Shown here: in pieces, positions 56,264-64,000 of the stretch
How positions within the stretch are numbered: position 1 is the stretch's first letter
Layout of the letters: every line of letters starts with the position of its first letter
Assembly (NCBI GenBank): GCA_965217115.1
Contig: OZ244239.1
Coordinates: forward strand, 902,392 to 966,391
DNA length: 64,000 nt
Direction: 5' to 3'
Origin: Bdellovibrionales bacterium
GTDB taxonomy: Bacteria; Bdellovibrionota; Bdellovibrionia; Bdellovibrionales; CAYMLA01
Notes under the pieces: model-generated
The model's database searches: none
Told to the model about the DNA's origin: nothing
Seen by the model: only the letters and a program-made list of their open reading frames with translations
Made by a program: the position numbers and the translations under genes

Positions 56264-57429
56264 AGTTTTGCTCTATAAGAAGATGATCGTCGGGAAGATG
56301 AACGTGCTGGCTTTCGTGTCACTAATCTCTCCAAATTCATTAACAATCCCATACAAAATGCCATCATTAACAAGGAGCTTCCTCCATAACTAATAAATGG
56401 TAAAGTTAAGCCCTTTGTAGGCAATATCCCTAAAACTACGCCTGTATTAATAAATACATTCAATGTAAAAGTCATCGTTAAACCAACAGCCAATGCCTTA
56501 GGAAAAATCTCTTTCAATTTAAAAGACAGCTGAAAACCTCTGAAAATTACAAAGCCATAAAGTACCATGATAACTAAAAAACCAATAAACCCTGTCTCTT
56601 CACCCAAAACAGCCAATGTGAAATCTGTATGTGCTTCAGGTAAATAAAATAGCTTCCCCTGCCCTTGACCTAAACCACTACCAAACATCCCCCCTGAGTG
56701 AAAGGTCAACATACTTTGGATAACCTGAAAACCTTTCTCCTGCGCGTCTGCCCACGGGTCAACAAAGGCTAGCATTCTAGATTTTCGATAGGGGACCTTC
56801 ATCACCAGAAAATAGAATAAAGGAATTATTGCTAGGATAGCTCCAAAAATAAAACGCCATTTCAAACCGAAAGCAAAAAGCACAGCCACAGCTACAAACA
56901 TACAAATTGCAAAAGAACCAAAATCAGGTTGTTTCAAAAGCAGCAACAACGGTGTGAAAAAAACAACTGCCTTCACTCCCCAATCTACCCAAATATTTTT
57001 ATGCAAAGGCTTAGAGGAAGCCAGGCAAGTCGCCAAAAACAGACTCAACGCAATCTTTAAAAGTTCTGAGGGTTCAAATCTCAAACCCCAGGGAAGACTT
57101 ATCCATCGCAAAGACCCTCCTACCTTTACTCCTATGCCAGGAATAAATGTAGCTATCATACAAAAAACTGCTAAAACCCAAAGAGTCCAACCCCATTTTT
57201 GAATCCACTTAAAGGGAATATTAGAAGTTAATAACAGCACCCCTATAGCCAAAATGCTAAAAACAGCTTGTTTTTTAAAGAAATAAAACCCATCTCCTAA
57301 AGATTCTAGAGCATATATAAAGCTCGAACTATAAACTTGTACTAGACCAATGCCTATAAGAGCGATCACAACCGTTAAAAGCCCACGATTATTTTTCTGC
57401 AACCTCTCCCCCCCCAAGCTGGCGTACAT
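56260..57429 (-). CDS. ftsW: SEDS-family peptidoglycan glycosyltransferase FtsW
   Basis: Polytopic membrane protein with 'QPDFGS', 'PEAHTDF' and 'LPFISYGGSS'. Confidence 0.93.
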   Translation of the reverse strand: MYASLGGERLQKNNRGLLTVVIALIGIGLVQVYSSSFIYALESLGDGFYFFKKQAVFSILAIGVLLLTSNIPFKWIQKWGWTLWVLAVFCMIATFIPGIGVKVGGSLRWISLPWGLRFEPSELLKIALSLFLATCLASSKPLHKNIWVDWGVKAVVFFTPLLLLLKQPDFGSFAICMFVAVAVLFAFGLKWRFIFGAILAIIPLFYFLVMKVPYRKSRMLAFVDPWADAQEKGFQVIQSMLTFHSGGMFGSGLGQGQGKLFYLPEAHTDFTLAVLGEETGFIGFLVIMVLYGFVIFRGFQLSFKLKEIFPKALAVGLTMTFTLNVFINTGVVLGILPTKGLTLPFISYGGSSLLMMAFCMGLLMNLERLVTRKPARSSSRRSSSYRAKL

Positions 57430-57597
57430 AATGCTAGTCTACTTAATTGTAGCGTAAATCAACTGTAACGTAAATTATTAATAAGCCACTCAGAAAGAAT
57501 CAGGCTCAAGAAAAAGGCCAATTTCGACCCATGCTTTAAAACGATGACAATTATTTCGGGAAGGTATTAAGAAAACATGCTTAAATAGCCACAATAA

Positions 57598-57744
57598 TCA
57601 ATGAATTTCCCCGCCGTTGGGCGTCGGTTCCATATTTGATTGTCTTTCTCTCTGTTCCTTTTTCTCTATAAATTTTCTAAGTTTTCCTGAACAAGAAGTT
57701 ATCCAATTAGCTACACCAGAGAAACAACATTCAGCAGCTGCCAT
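57598..57744 (-). CDS. Candidate 48-codon ORF in the murD-ftsW gap (speculative)
   Basis: Hand translation gives 'MAAAECCFSGVANWITSCSGKLRKFIEKKEQRERQSNMEPTPNGGEIH'. Below the ORF-track cutoff, and no convincing SD. Confidence 0.15.
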   Translation of the reverse strand: MAAAECCFSGVANWITSCSGKLRKFIEKKEQRERQSNMEPTPNGGEIH

Positions 57745-57787
57745 CAATAACTGACCACTTATTTTTTCATTTAATGCCGTCGGATTA

Positions 57788-59173
57788 TTAATTAAAAGAA
57801 TTCACAATTTCTTTAAAGTACTGCCCACGTTCTATATAACTATCAAACAAATCAAAACTAGAACACCCAGGGGACAATAACACCTTGTCACCAATGCGAG
57901 ATTTTTGAAAAGCGACATGAACTGCCTCCTCAAAAGTTCCAATCAAAAAGGTTTCCGATTCATCACCAATATCACGATTAATACGTTCCTTAGCTTCGCC
58001 TACAAGAATCAAAGTTTTCACTTTTTGTCGAACCACTTGGCGTAGAGGTTCATAGTTTAAATTTGTGTCTTTTCCTCCCGCAATTAAAATTACATTTTCA
58101 TTAAAGGACTCTAGCGCTCTGAGAACAGAGTGAACATTCGTTGCCTTAGAATCATTGTAAAACTCTACTCCTCCAATTTTTTTCACATATTCAAGACGAT
58201 GGGCTATTCCACGAAATTTTGACATAATGCTCTCAATGGCCTCTCTCGTAGCCCCGTGCTCTTTTGCTGCCAACATAGCAGCCATAAAGTTTTCAACAGA
58301 GTGTGGCCCTTTCATTTTTAAGCCCTCAATAGAAAATCTCTCAATCTCAGGCCCCGTACGCACACGCACCTCTTTATCAATATTAACAGCTCCACCTATA
58401 TTCATAATCTGAGATTCTAACGATGGTTTGCGAGAAAAATAAAATATTCGCCCACGCTGAACAGAGAGGTCACGAGCTAACTCAACAACCGCATTGTCAT
58501 CGGCATTTAAAATACTTGTCGTAGCTTGATTCGTATTTAAAAAGATCCTTCTCTTTGCATTGATATAATCCTCCATTGATTTATGGCGGTCCAAATGGTT
58601 TTCAGCTAAATTTGTAAAAACGATGTTTGAAGGACAAAATGTTTCCACATGCTCCAGCATAAAACTGGATACTTCCATAATGACAACATCCGATTTCTCT
58701 TCTTTCAATAAATATTCAGTTGCTGGCAAGCCATAGTTTCCACCCAACCAGACTTTTTTTCCTGATTCCTTCAAAAACAATTCTATTAACTTAGATGTTG
58801 TCGTCTTTCCATTTGTTCCCGTCACGGCAATAATCGGCTCTTTTATGAATTGAGCTGAAAATTCAAATTCCCCCGTAACCTTCACACCATTGTTACGAGC
58901 ATAATCAAATATTTTAAGCTGAGGATTAATTCCTGGGCTTAAAACAATCAAATCCTGTTGTAAAAATGTCTTTGGCGAATGTCCACCTAAATCGTAGTTC
59001 ACGATATAACCTTCCAAAGCATCCAAAGCCGTTGATAATTCAGGCTTAGATTTATGATCACTAATTGTAACCTCCGCTTCATAGCGAACTAAAAATTTGA
59101 CCAAAGACACACCTGAACGTCCAAGCCCAACGATTAAAATTTTCTTTCCTTTTAAATCACCTACTTCCATCAT
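57788..59173 (-). CDS. murD: UDP-N-acetylmuramoylalanine--D-glutamate ligase
   Basis: 'VGLGRSG', 'GTNGKTTT' and 'NDSKATN'. Confidence 0.95.
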   Translation of the reverse strand: MMEVGDLKGKKILIVGLGRSGVSLVKFLVRYEAEVTISDHKSKPELSTALDALEGYIVNYDLGGHSPKTFLQQDLIVLSPGINPQLKIFDYARNNGVKVTGEFEFSAQFIKEPIIAVTGTNGKTTTSKLIELFLKESGKKVWLGGNYGLPATEYLLKEEKSDVVIMEVSSFMLEHVETFCPSNIVFTNLAENHLDRHKSMEDYINAKRRIFLNTNQATTSILNADDNAVVELARDLSVQRGRIFYFSRKPSLESQIMNIGGAVNIDKEVRVRTGPEIERFSIEGLKMKGPHSVENFMAAMLAAKEHGATREAIESIMSKFRGIAHRLEYVKKIGGVEFYNDSKATNVHSVLRALESFNENVILIAGGKDTNLNYEPLRQVVRQKVKTLILVGEAKERINRDIGDESETFLIGTFEEAVHVAFQKSRIGDKVLLSPGCSSFDLFDSYIERGQYFKEIVNSFN

Positions 59174-59180
59174 TTTTGCC

Positions 59181-60257
59181 TTACCTCAACTTTAATGTAC
59201 TAATGCTTAAAATAGCTAACAATATAGAAACAATCCAAAAACGGATAATAATCTTTGATTCATCTAGCCCCTTCAATTCAAAATGATGATGGATAGGAGC
59301 CATCTTAAAAACCCTCTTTCCTGTCAGTTTAAAAGAAATCACCTGAGTGATCACCGACAGAGCTTCAACAACAAAAATTCCTCCAAGTAAAACCAAAAGC
59401 AATTCATTCTTACTCAAAATAGCCATAATTCCCAGAAAACCACCCAAGCTGAGACTTCCTACATCACCCATAAAAACTTGAGCTGGATAAGAATTAAACC
59501 AAAGAAATCCCAGCCCTGCAGCGACAACCGTTGCACAAAAAGGCGCCAATTCACCAGCACCTGCTACATACGGGATCTGTAAGTACTCAGCTAAAATAAA
59601 ATGCCCAGCAACATAAGCAAACAAAGCAAACGTTCCCGCGCAAACTATCACTGGGAAAATTGCCAAACCGTCCAACCCATCAGTCAAATTAACACTATTG
59701 GCACAACCCACAACCACAAAGGTCGCAAAAGGAATATAAAGAACCCCTAAATCAAACACTAGATTTTTAAAAAATGGCACATGAAGCTCAGTGGAAAATT
59801 CACAAAAATAAACCAGATAAGAAACAACCAATCCACTGATTAGAAACTCCACTAGTAAGCGAATTCTACCTGAGAGTCCTTTACTTCCTTTTTGCTGAAC
59901 TTTCATCGAATCATCAATATAACCAATCACTCCAAAACTAAAAGTGACTATCAGAGCTGCCCACACCAAGGGGTTAAAGAGATCCATCCACATCAAACAA
60001 GGAATTAGCACACTTAGTAAAATTAAACCTCCACCCATCGTGGGAGTTCCTGTCTTCTTTAAATGTGACTCGGGCCCATCATCGCGGATAGTTTGCTTCA
60101 TTTGCTTGCGAACCAAACGACGAATAAAACGAGGACCCGACAACCAAATAAGAAAAAAAGCCGTAAAAAAAGAAATGAACGTACGGAAAGTAATATATCG
60201 AAAAATATTAAAGCCAGATATCTGCTCCGACAAAGAATAGAGCCACTGATACAACAT
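59181..60257 (-). CDS. mraY: Phospho-N-acetylmuramoyl-pentapeptide transferase
   Basis: 'GTPTMGG', '[13 protein letters not shown]' and 'MAPIHHHFE'. Confidence 0.96.
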   Translation of the reverse strand: MLYQWLYSLSEQISGFNIFRYITFRTFISFFTAFFLIWLSGPRFIRRLVRKQMKQTIRDDGPESHLKKTGTPTMGGGLILLSVLIPCLMWMDLFNPLVWAALIVTFSFGVIGYIDDSMKVQQKGSKGLSGRIRLLVEFLISGLVVSYLVYFCEFSTELHVPFFKNLVFDLGVLYIPFATFVVVGCANSVNLTDGLDGLAIFPVIVCAGTFALFAYVAGHFILAEYLQIPYVAGAGELAPFCATVVAAGLGFLWFNSYPAQVFMGDVGSLSLGGFLGIMAILSKNELLLVLLGGIFVVEALSVITQVISFKLTGKRVFKMAPIHHHFELKGLDESKIIIRFWIVSILLAILSISTLKLR

Positions 60258-60358
60258 GAATTCCCAACTCCTCTAGATCAAGATTCAGACCCTAGCATAA
60301 AAGGCTTAGCTATAGCAAGGGGGAATAATGGGCAAAACACTCTATATGTTTGATATTA

Positions 60359-61012
60359 TTAAAAAAATCCCCCTTGATTTCCCTGATTATTCTCAAAAAA
60401 ATCAAAATCAATGCTGATAGCTGCCGCTAATATAATTGCTTTCTGTGATGATTCCCAGCTCCAATCACCAAAATCAATGGAAAAGCTGTCTGCATCACTA
60501 AAGGCTTCCTTCAGCAGTCCCTGCCATTTTTTATTAATTTCTCCGATTTTCTGATGACGGTTATTAAAAACCGAAAAGCGCCATAACTGCCATAATGGAG
60601 AACTAATACGACCAAAAATATTTCCATCTCTCTCGACAAGGTCATACTTTTTATACAATAACCCAAAACGGCGACGGACACACCCTATATACTGTCCTCT
60701 GTCATCCATAACGTTTAACTCAGAAAACAAAAAGAAAAAGTTTCTTGAGAAAAATAGCAGAGGGGATTTTTCGGTATTCATCACATCTATCTCTAAGGAC
60801 CGATGAGAACGTAAAATCCAACGTTTTAACTTCGTTGACCAGTTTCCTCCTCTTTCAACAATAACAGCCAAATGTCCACCGTTAGAATTCAAAAGATTAT
60901 AATAATTCTTTGCTTCCCAGTCTATAAGGATCTCCATCCACTCTTTTTTCTGTGAAACAATTAAGCTTTTTTCTAAATCCAATAACTGTTGATATGATAT
61001 AACTAATTTCAT
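60359..61012 (-). CDS. Phospholipid-scramblase-family (PLSCR/tubby-like fold) protein
   Basis: Colinear by eye with human PLSCR1. 'EAKNYYNL' parallels 'ETNNKYEI'. 'KKWQGLLKEAFSDADSFSIDF...KAIILAAAISIDFDFFE' parallels 'KHWTGILREAFTDADNFGIQF...KAVMIGACFLIDFMFFE'. ATG 61012 starts 2 nt after the murF stop. Confidence 0.75.
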   Translation of the reverse strand: MKLVISYQQLLDLEKSLIVSQKKEWMEILIDWEAKNYYNLLNSNGGHLAVIVERGGNWSTKLKRWILRSHRSLEIDVMNTEKSPLLFFSRNFFFLFSELNVMDDRGQYIGCVRRRFGLLYKKYDLVERDGNIFGRISSPLWQLWRFSVFNNRHQKIGEINKKWQGLLKEAFSDADSFSIDFGDWSWESSQKAIILAAAISIDFDFFENNQGNQGGFF

Positions 61013-61014
61013 CC

Positions 61015-62424
61015 TCAATCCTTCAAGCCTAATTGCTCTGATACTCCCCATTTTTGCAGAATTCTCTCTAACTTCATTCCACGAGAACCTTTAAGGACAA
61101 CCAGTTCAAACTTATCTAAGCAATTGCCATATTCATCAGCCCACTTTTCTAAAAAAGATTTCGATGAACGAAACTGACCTGAAAAATTAGCCCTCTTCAA
61201 ACCTTCATTAAAAGAGACAACACTCTCACCAATGAACCAAATTTCATCGGAATTCTTGCCAGCTAAATATCCAACCTCTTCATGGGCTTTTTCCCTCTCT
61301 TGACCCATCTCTAGCATTTCACCCAAAATAACTAAAGATTTTCGTTCTTTTCTGGAAGTTCTTGCAAGGTTCTGAAAAAGAGCTTTCATGCTTTCTGGAT
61401 TAGCATTGTATCCATCAAAAATAATTTTCGTCTTATCTTTCTTTAAGACTTGATTTCGCCCCCAATAGCTCTGACAAAACTTCAGCCCACACCAAATATC
61501 TTCTCCTTCAAGCCCCACAGACAGAGCTAAAGCACTTGCCGCCATTAAATTTTGTCCATTATGCAAGCCAAAAACATTTACTTCACAAGAGCCTGTAACT
61601 CCTCCCACTCTTCCATCAATACGCAGTGGCTCAAACCCCTGAGCCTTAACATTTAAATTTACATCACAATTCATTTCTTTTTGGCTAAAAGTTTTTATTT
61701 GATCATTAGTATTTTTAAATTTCCCCATCATCTTTAATGTCAAAGGATCATCTAAGTTGAATACTCGTATGATAGAATCTGAATTATGATAAATCTCCTC
61801 TTTAGCTTGAGCCACCTCCTCTAAAGAAGAAAAGAACTCCATATGGGCTCTACCAATATTCAAACACACCACGACATTTGGTTCAGCAATTTCCACTAAA
61901 CGCGCTAATTCACCTTTATGGTTCATGCCCATTTCGCAAATAACTATTTCACTATTTTCCTCGGCTCCAAGTAATGTGAATGGAACTCCCCAATGATTAT
62001 TAAAACTTCCTCGACTCTCATGAACTTTTTTAAACTTTTCTATTATTTTTTTTGTAAACTCTTTGGTTGTCGTCTTACCGTTAGAGCCTGTAATACCAAT
62101 TACTTTAAATTTATTACGACGACGCCAGTAGTTTGCTAGATCTTGAAGCCCCCTTAAGGTGTCTCTAACTTTTATCACTGTGACTTTTCGACTCACCTTC
62201 ACATCAACATCTTCATGGACAATCAAACAACTCGCCCCTTTTTCCACTGCTTGTATTAGAAAAAAATGACCATCAAATTGCTCTCCCTTGAGAGCAAAAA
62301 ATATTTTCCCCTCTAGATTATTACGCGTGTCACTGCCCGTGCCAGAAAAATCAGTCTGCACCTGAGAGACAACCTCTCCACCTGTATTCTCCTGTAATTC
62401 CTTAAGAGTTAATTTCCATGCCAT
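61015..62424 (-). CDS. murF: UDP-MurNAc-tripeptide--D-alanyl-D-alanine ligase
   Basis: 'GITGSNGKTTTKE', 'EMGMNHKGE' and 'DGYNANP'. Confidence 0.93.
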   Translation of the reverse strand: MAWKLTLKELQENTGGEVVSQVQTDFSGTGSDTRNNLEGKIFFALKGEQFDGHFFLIQAVEKGASCLIVHEDVDVKVSRKVTVIKVRDTLRGLQDLANYWRRRNKFKVIGITGSNGKTTTKEFTKKIIEKFKKVHESRGSFNNHWGVPFTLLGAEENSEIVICEMGMNHKGELARLVEIAEPNVVVCLNIGRAHMEFFSSLEEVAQAKEEIYHNSDSIIRVFNLDDPLTLKMMGKFKNTNDQIKTFSQKEMNCDVNLNVKAQGFEPLRIDGRVGGVTGSCEVNVFGLHNGQNLMAASALALSVGLEGEDIWCGLKFCQSYWGRNQVLKKDKTKIIFDGYNANPESMKALFQNLARTSRKERKSLVILGEMLEMGQEREKAHEEVGYLAGKNSDEIWFIGESVVSFNEGLKRANFSGQFRSSKSFLEKWADEYGNCLDKFELVVLKGSRGMKLERILQKWGVSEQLGLKD

Positions 62425-63967
62425 GTAAACATTCCTTCGCTACGAAATAATCACTAAAAGCCCGTATTTCTTCACCAATCACCTGCTCTTCTTCGTGCCC
62501 CTTACCTACGATCACAATTACATCTCCCTTCTGAGATTCTTGCAAAGCCATGTAAATAGCCTTTTTCCTTGAGACCTCTTGAACCACACAGCTTTTAACA
62601 TACTTTTGAGAAAAACCCACCAACACATCTGCCATAATCTCCAGTGGTTCCTCTCCCCTTGGGTTGTCTGATGTTAAAAATACTCTGTCTGCAGTTTTTT
62701 CTGAAGTTTTTGCCATAAGAGGTCTTTTCTTTTTATCCCGCTCTCCACCACAACCAAAAACAACTGTTATTGTACACCCTTCAACACCTATGCTCTGTCT
62801 TAATTGATGAAAACTTGATAACACTTTCTCTAAAGCATCAGGAGTATGAGCATAATCAACAAAAACACTCCTATCACAAGAATTTGGTACGGCTTGCAAC
62901 CTTCCTGGGACTCCTTGAAATTGTCGCAAACCCTCTGCACATACTTCTAAACCAACTCCTCCTGCCACAGCCACCGCTAAAGCGGCAACTGCATTTTGAA
63001 TATTAAAAGAACCAATTACAGGTAATGAAATTTTAACACTTCCTATCGGGGTTTTTACCTGAAACTGACTTTTTGAAAAATCCTGAAAGCTGATTTTATA
63101 GGAAAAATCATCTCTGGCTTTTCCATGATTCTCTCCATAACTCCAAATCTCAACATTTTTAACACTTTTTACTACATTTATCATTTCATCAGCATAAAGA
63201 TCATCTCTATGAATGATTGCATATTTCTTTTTTTTATTGGAGCTCATTAAGAAGTAAGAAAATAACAGTTTTTTTGCTGAAAAATAATTTTGCATATTTT
63301 TATGATAATCTAAATGATCCTGGGTTAAATTTGTAAAAACTCCCACATTAAAGTTTACAGCTTCCACTCTTTTCTGCATTAGCGCGTGACTGGAAACCTC
63401 CATGACCACTGACTTAGCTCCCTGTTTTTTAAATTCAGCTAATCGCGAGTGCAAAGTTAACGAGTCTGAAGTCGTCAATTTCGATGACCAAGTTTTTTCT
63501 ACGATCTTTCCAAAATTAACGCTTTTAATATGATGATCCAGAGTTCCCATAACACCCGTCGTTATTTTTGCATAGTTTAAAATACTCTCAAGCATATAAA
63601 CTATCGTGGTCTTGCCATTAGTTCCTGTAATCCCCACACAAAAAAGTTCATCTGTTGGACAGTCTTCACTTTTATGGGCCAAGTGAGCTAAAGCTAAACG
63701 ACTATCACTAACTTGCAAGATTTTTCCTTTGTAGTCTGTGGATATCTGACTTGTATCTTCAACAACAAGACCCGTGGCCCCTCTACGACAAGCTTCTTCA
63801 AGAAAATCATGCCCATCAAAACGTTCACCTTTAATTGCAACAAAAATATCACTTTCTTGAAATTTCCGACTATCAGCACAAATACGAATAACCTTCACTT
63901 GCTTTCTTACACAAGCTAAAAAATCACTTACGGAATTTAGAATATTCTGAGTCTCCATTATAATCAC
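62402..63967 (-). CDS. murE: UDP-MurNAc-L-Ala-D-Glu--2,6-diaminopimelate ligase
   Basis: 'GITGTNGKTT', 'MEVSSHAL', 'VDYAHTPDAL' and 'DNPRGE'. The start may instead be Met4 at 63958. Confidence 0.93.
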   Translation of the reverse strand: MIIMETQNILNSVSDFLACVRKQVKVIRICADSRKFQESDIFVAIKGERFDGHDFLEEACRRGATGLVVEDTSQISTDYKGKILQVSDSRLALAHLAHKSEDCPTDELFCVGITGTNGKTTIVYMLESILNYAKITTGVMGTLDHHIKSVNFGKIVEKTWSSKLTTSDSLTLHSRLAEFKKQGAKSVVMEVSSHALMQKRVEAVNFNVGVFTNLTQDHLDYHKNMQNYFSAKKLLFSYFLMSSNKKKKYAIIHRDDLYADEMINVVKSVKNVEIWSYGENHGKARDDFSYKISFQDFSKSQFQVKTPIGSVKISLPVIGSFNIQNAVAALAVAVAGGVGLEVCAEGLRQFQGVPGRLQAVPNSCDRSVFVDYAHTPDALEKVLSSFHQLRQSIGVEGCTITVVFGCGGERDKKKRPLMAKTSEKTADRVFLTSDNPRGEEPLEIMADVLVGFSQKYVKSCVVQEVSRKKAIYMALQESQKGDVIVIVGKGHEEEQVIGEEIRAFSDYFVAKECLHGMEINS

Positions 63968-64000
63968 TTACTCTAAAAAGATTTTTACAGTTTTATTTTT

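Noticed and set aside
1-64000. Looked for rRNA, tRNA, tmRNA, RNase P, riboswitch leaders, prophage, IS/transposase, toxin-antitoxin pairs and known defence-system genes
   Set aside because: I recognised none by eye. Small structured RNAs cannot be excluded without tRNAscan or Infernal.

Overview
AT-rich bacterial chromosome segment (GC judged by eye at 35-40%, not computed) with about 58 supportable CDS. I recognised no rRNA, tRNA, CRISPR array, transposase, integrase, reverse transcriptase or phage genes. The right third (49.3-64.0 kb, minus strand) is a dcw division/cell-wall cluster: murE-murF-[scramblase-family gene]-mraY-murD-[360-bp gap]-ftsW-murG-murC-murB-ftsQ-ftsA-ftsZ-[lpxH-like]. 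The rest is mostly housekeeping: PP2C phosphatase, AceE-like E1, FHA-GGDEF cyclase, rlmN, hldA-like heptose kinase, gdh, pyrD, mutT, ihfB, epmA, gcvP, rsmI, yhaM-like, purH, mlaFED-like, alr, nadB. Gene content and AT-richness suggest a Bdellovibrio-and-like organism (Bacteriovoracaceae/Halobacteriovorax-like), but this is a low-confidence inference. Two accessory regions stand out. (1) At 32.5-37.3 kb, four head-to-tail paralogues encode an unrecognised secreted protein. Their 5' halves are near-identical and their C-terminal domains are conserved and Cys-containing. A 35-40-codon Gly/Ala-rich hydrophobic segment between the two is essentially unrelated in every copy. (2) At 11.1-17.65 kb, a cassette-like island lies between rlmN and the heptose kinase gene. 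Its small, same-strand, mostly secreted-protein genes (one with an exact JAMM/JAB metalloprotease motif) are separated by an ordered composite junction built around a GC-rich 113-bp imperfect hairpin. There are five full and three truncated hairpin copies, all co-oriented, and the last junction supplies the 3' coding end of the heptose kinase gene. Further oddities are a eukaryote-type phospholipid-scramblase-family gene between murF and mraY, and a histidine-kinase-like protein whose H-box has Gln in place of His.
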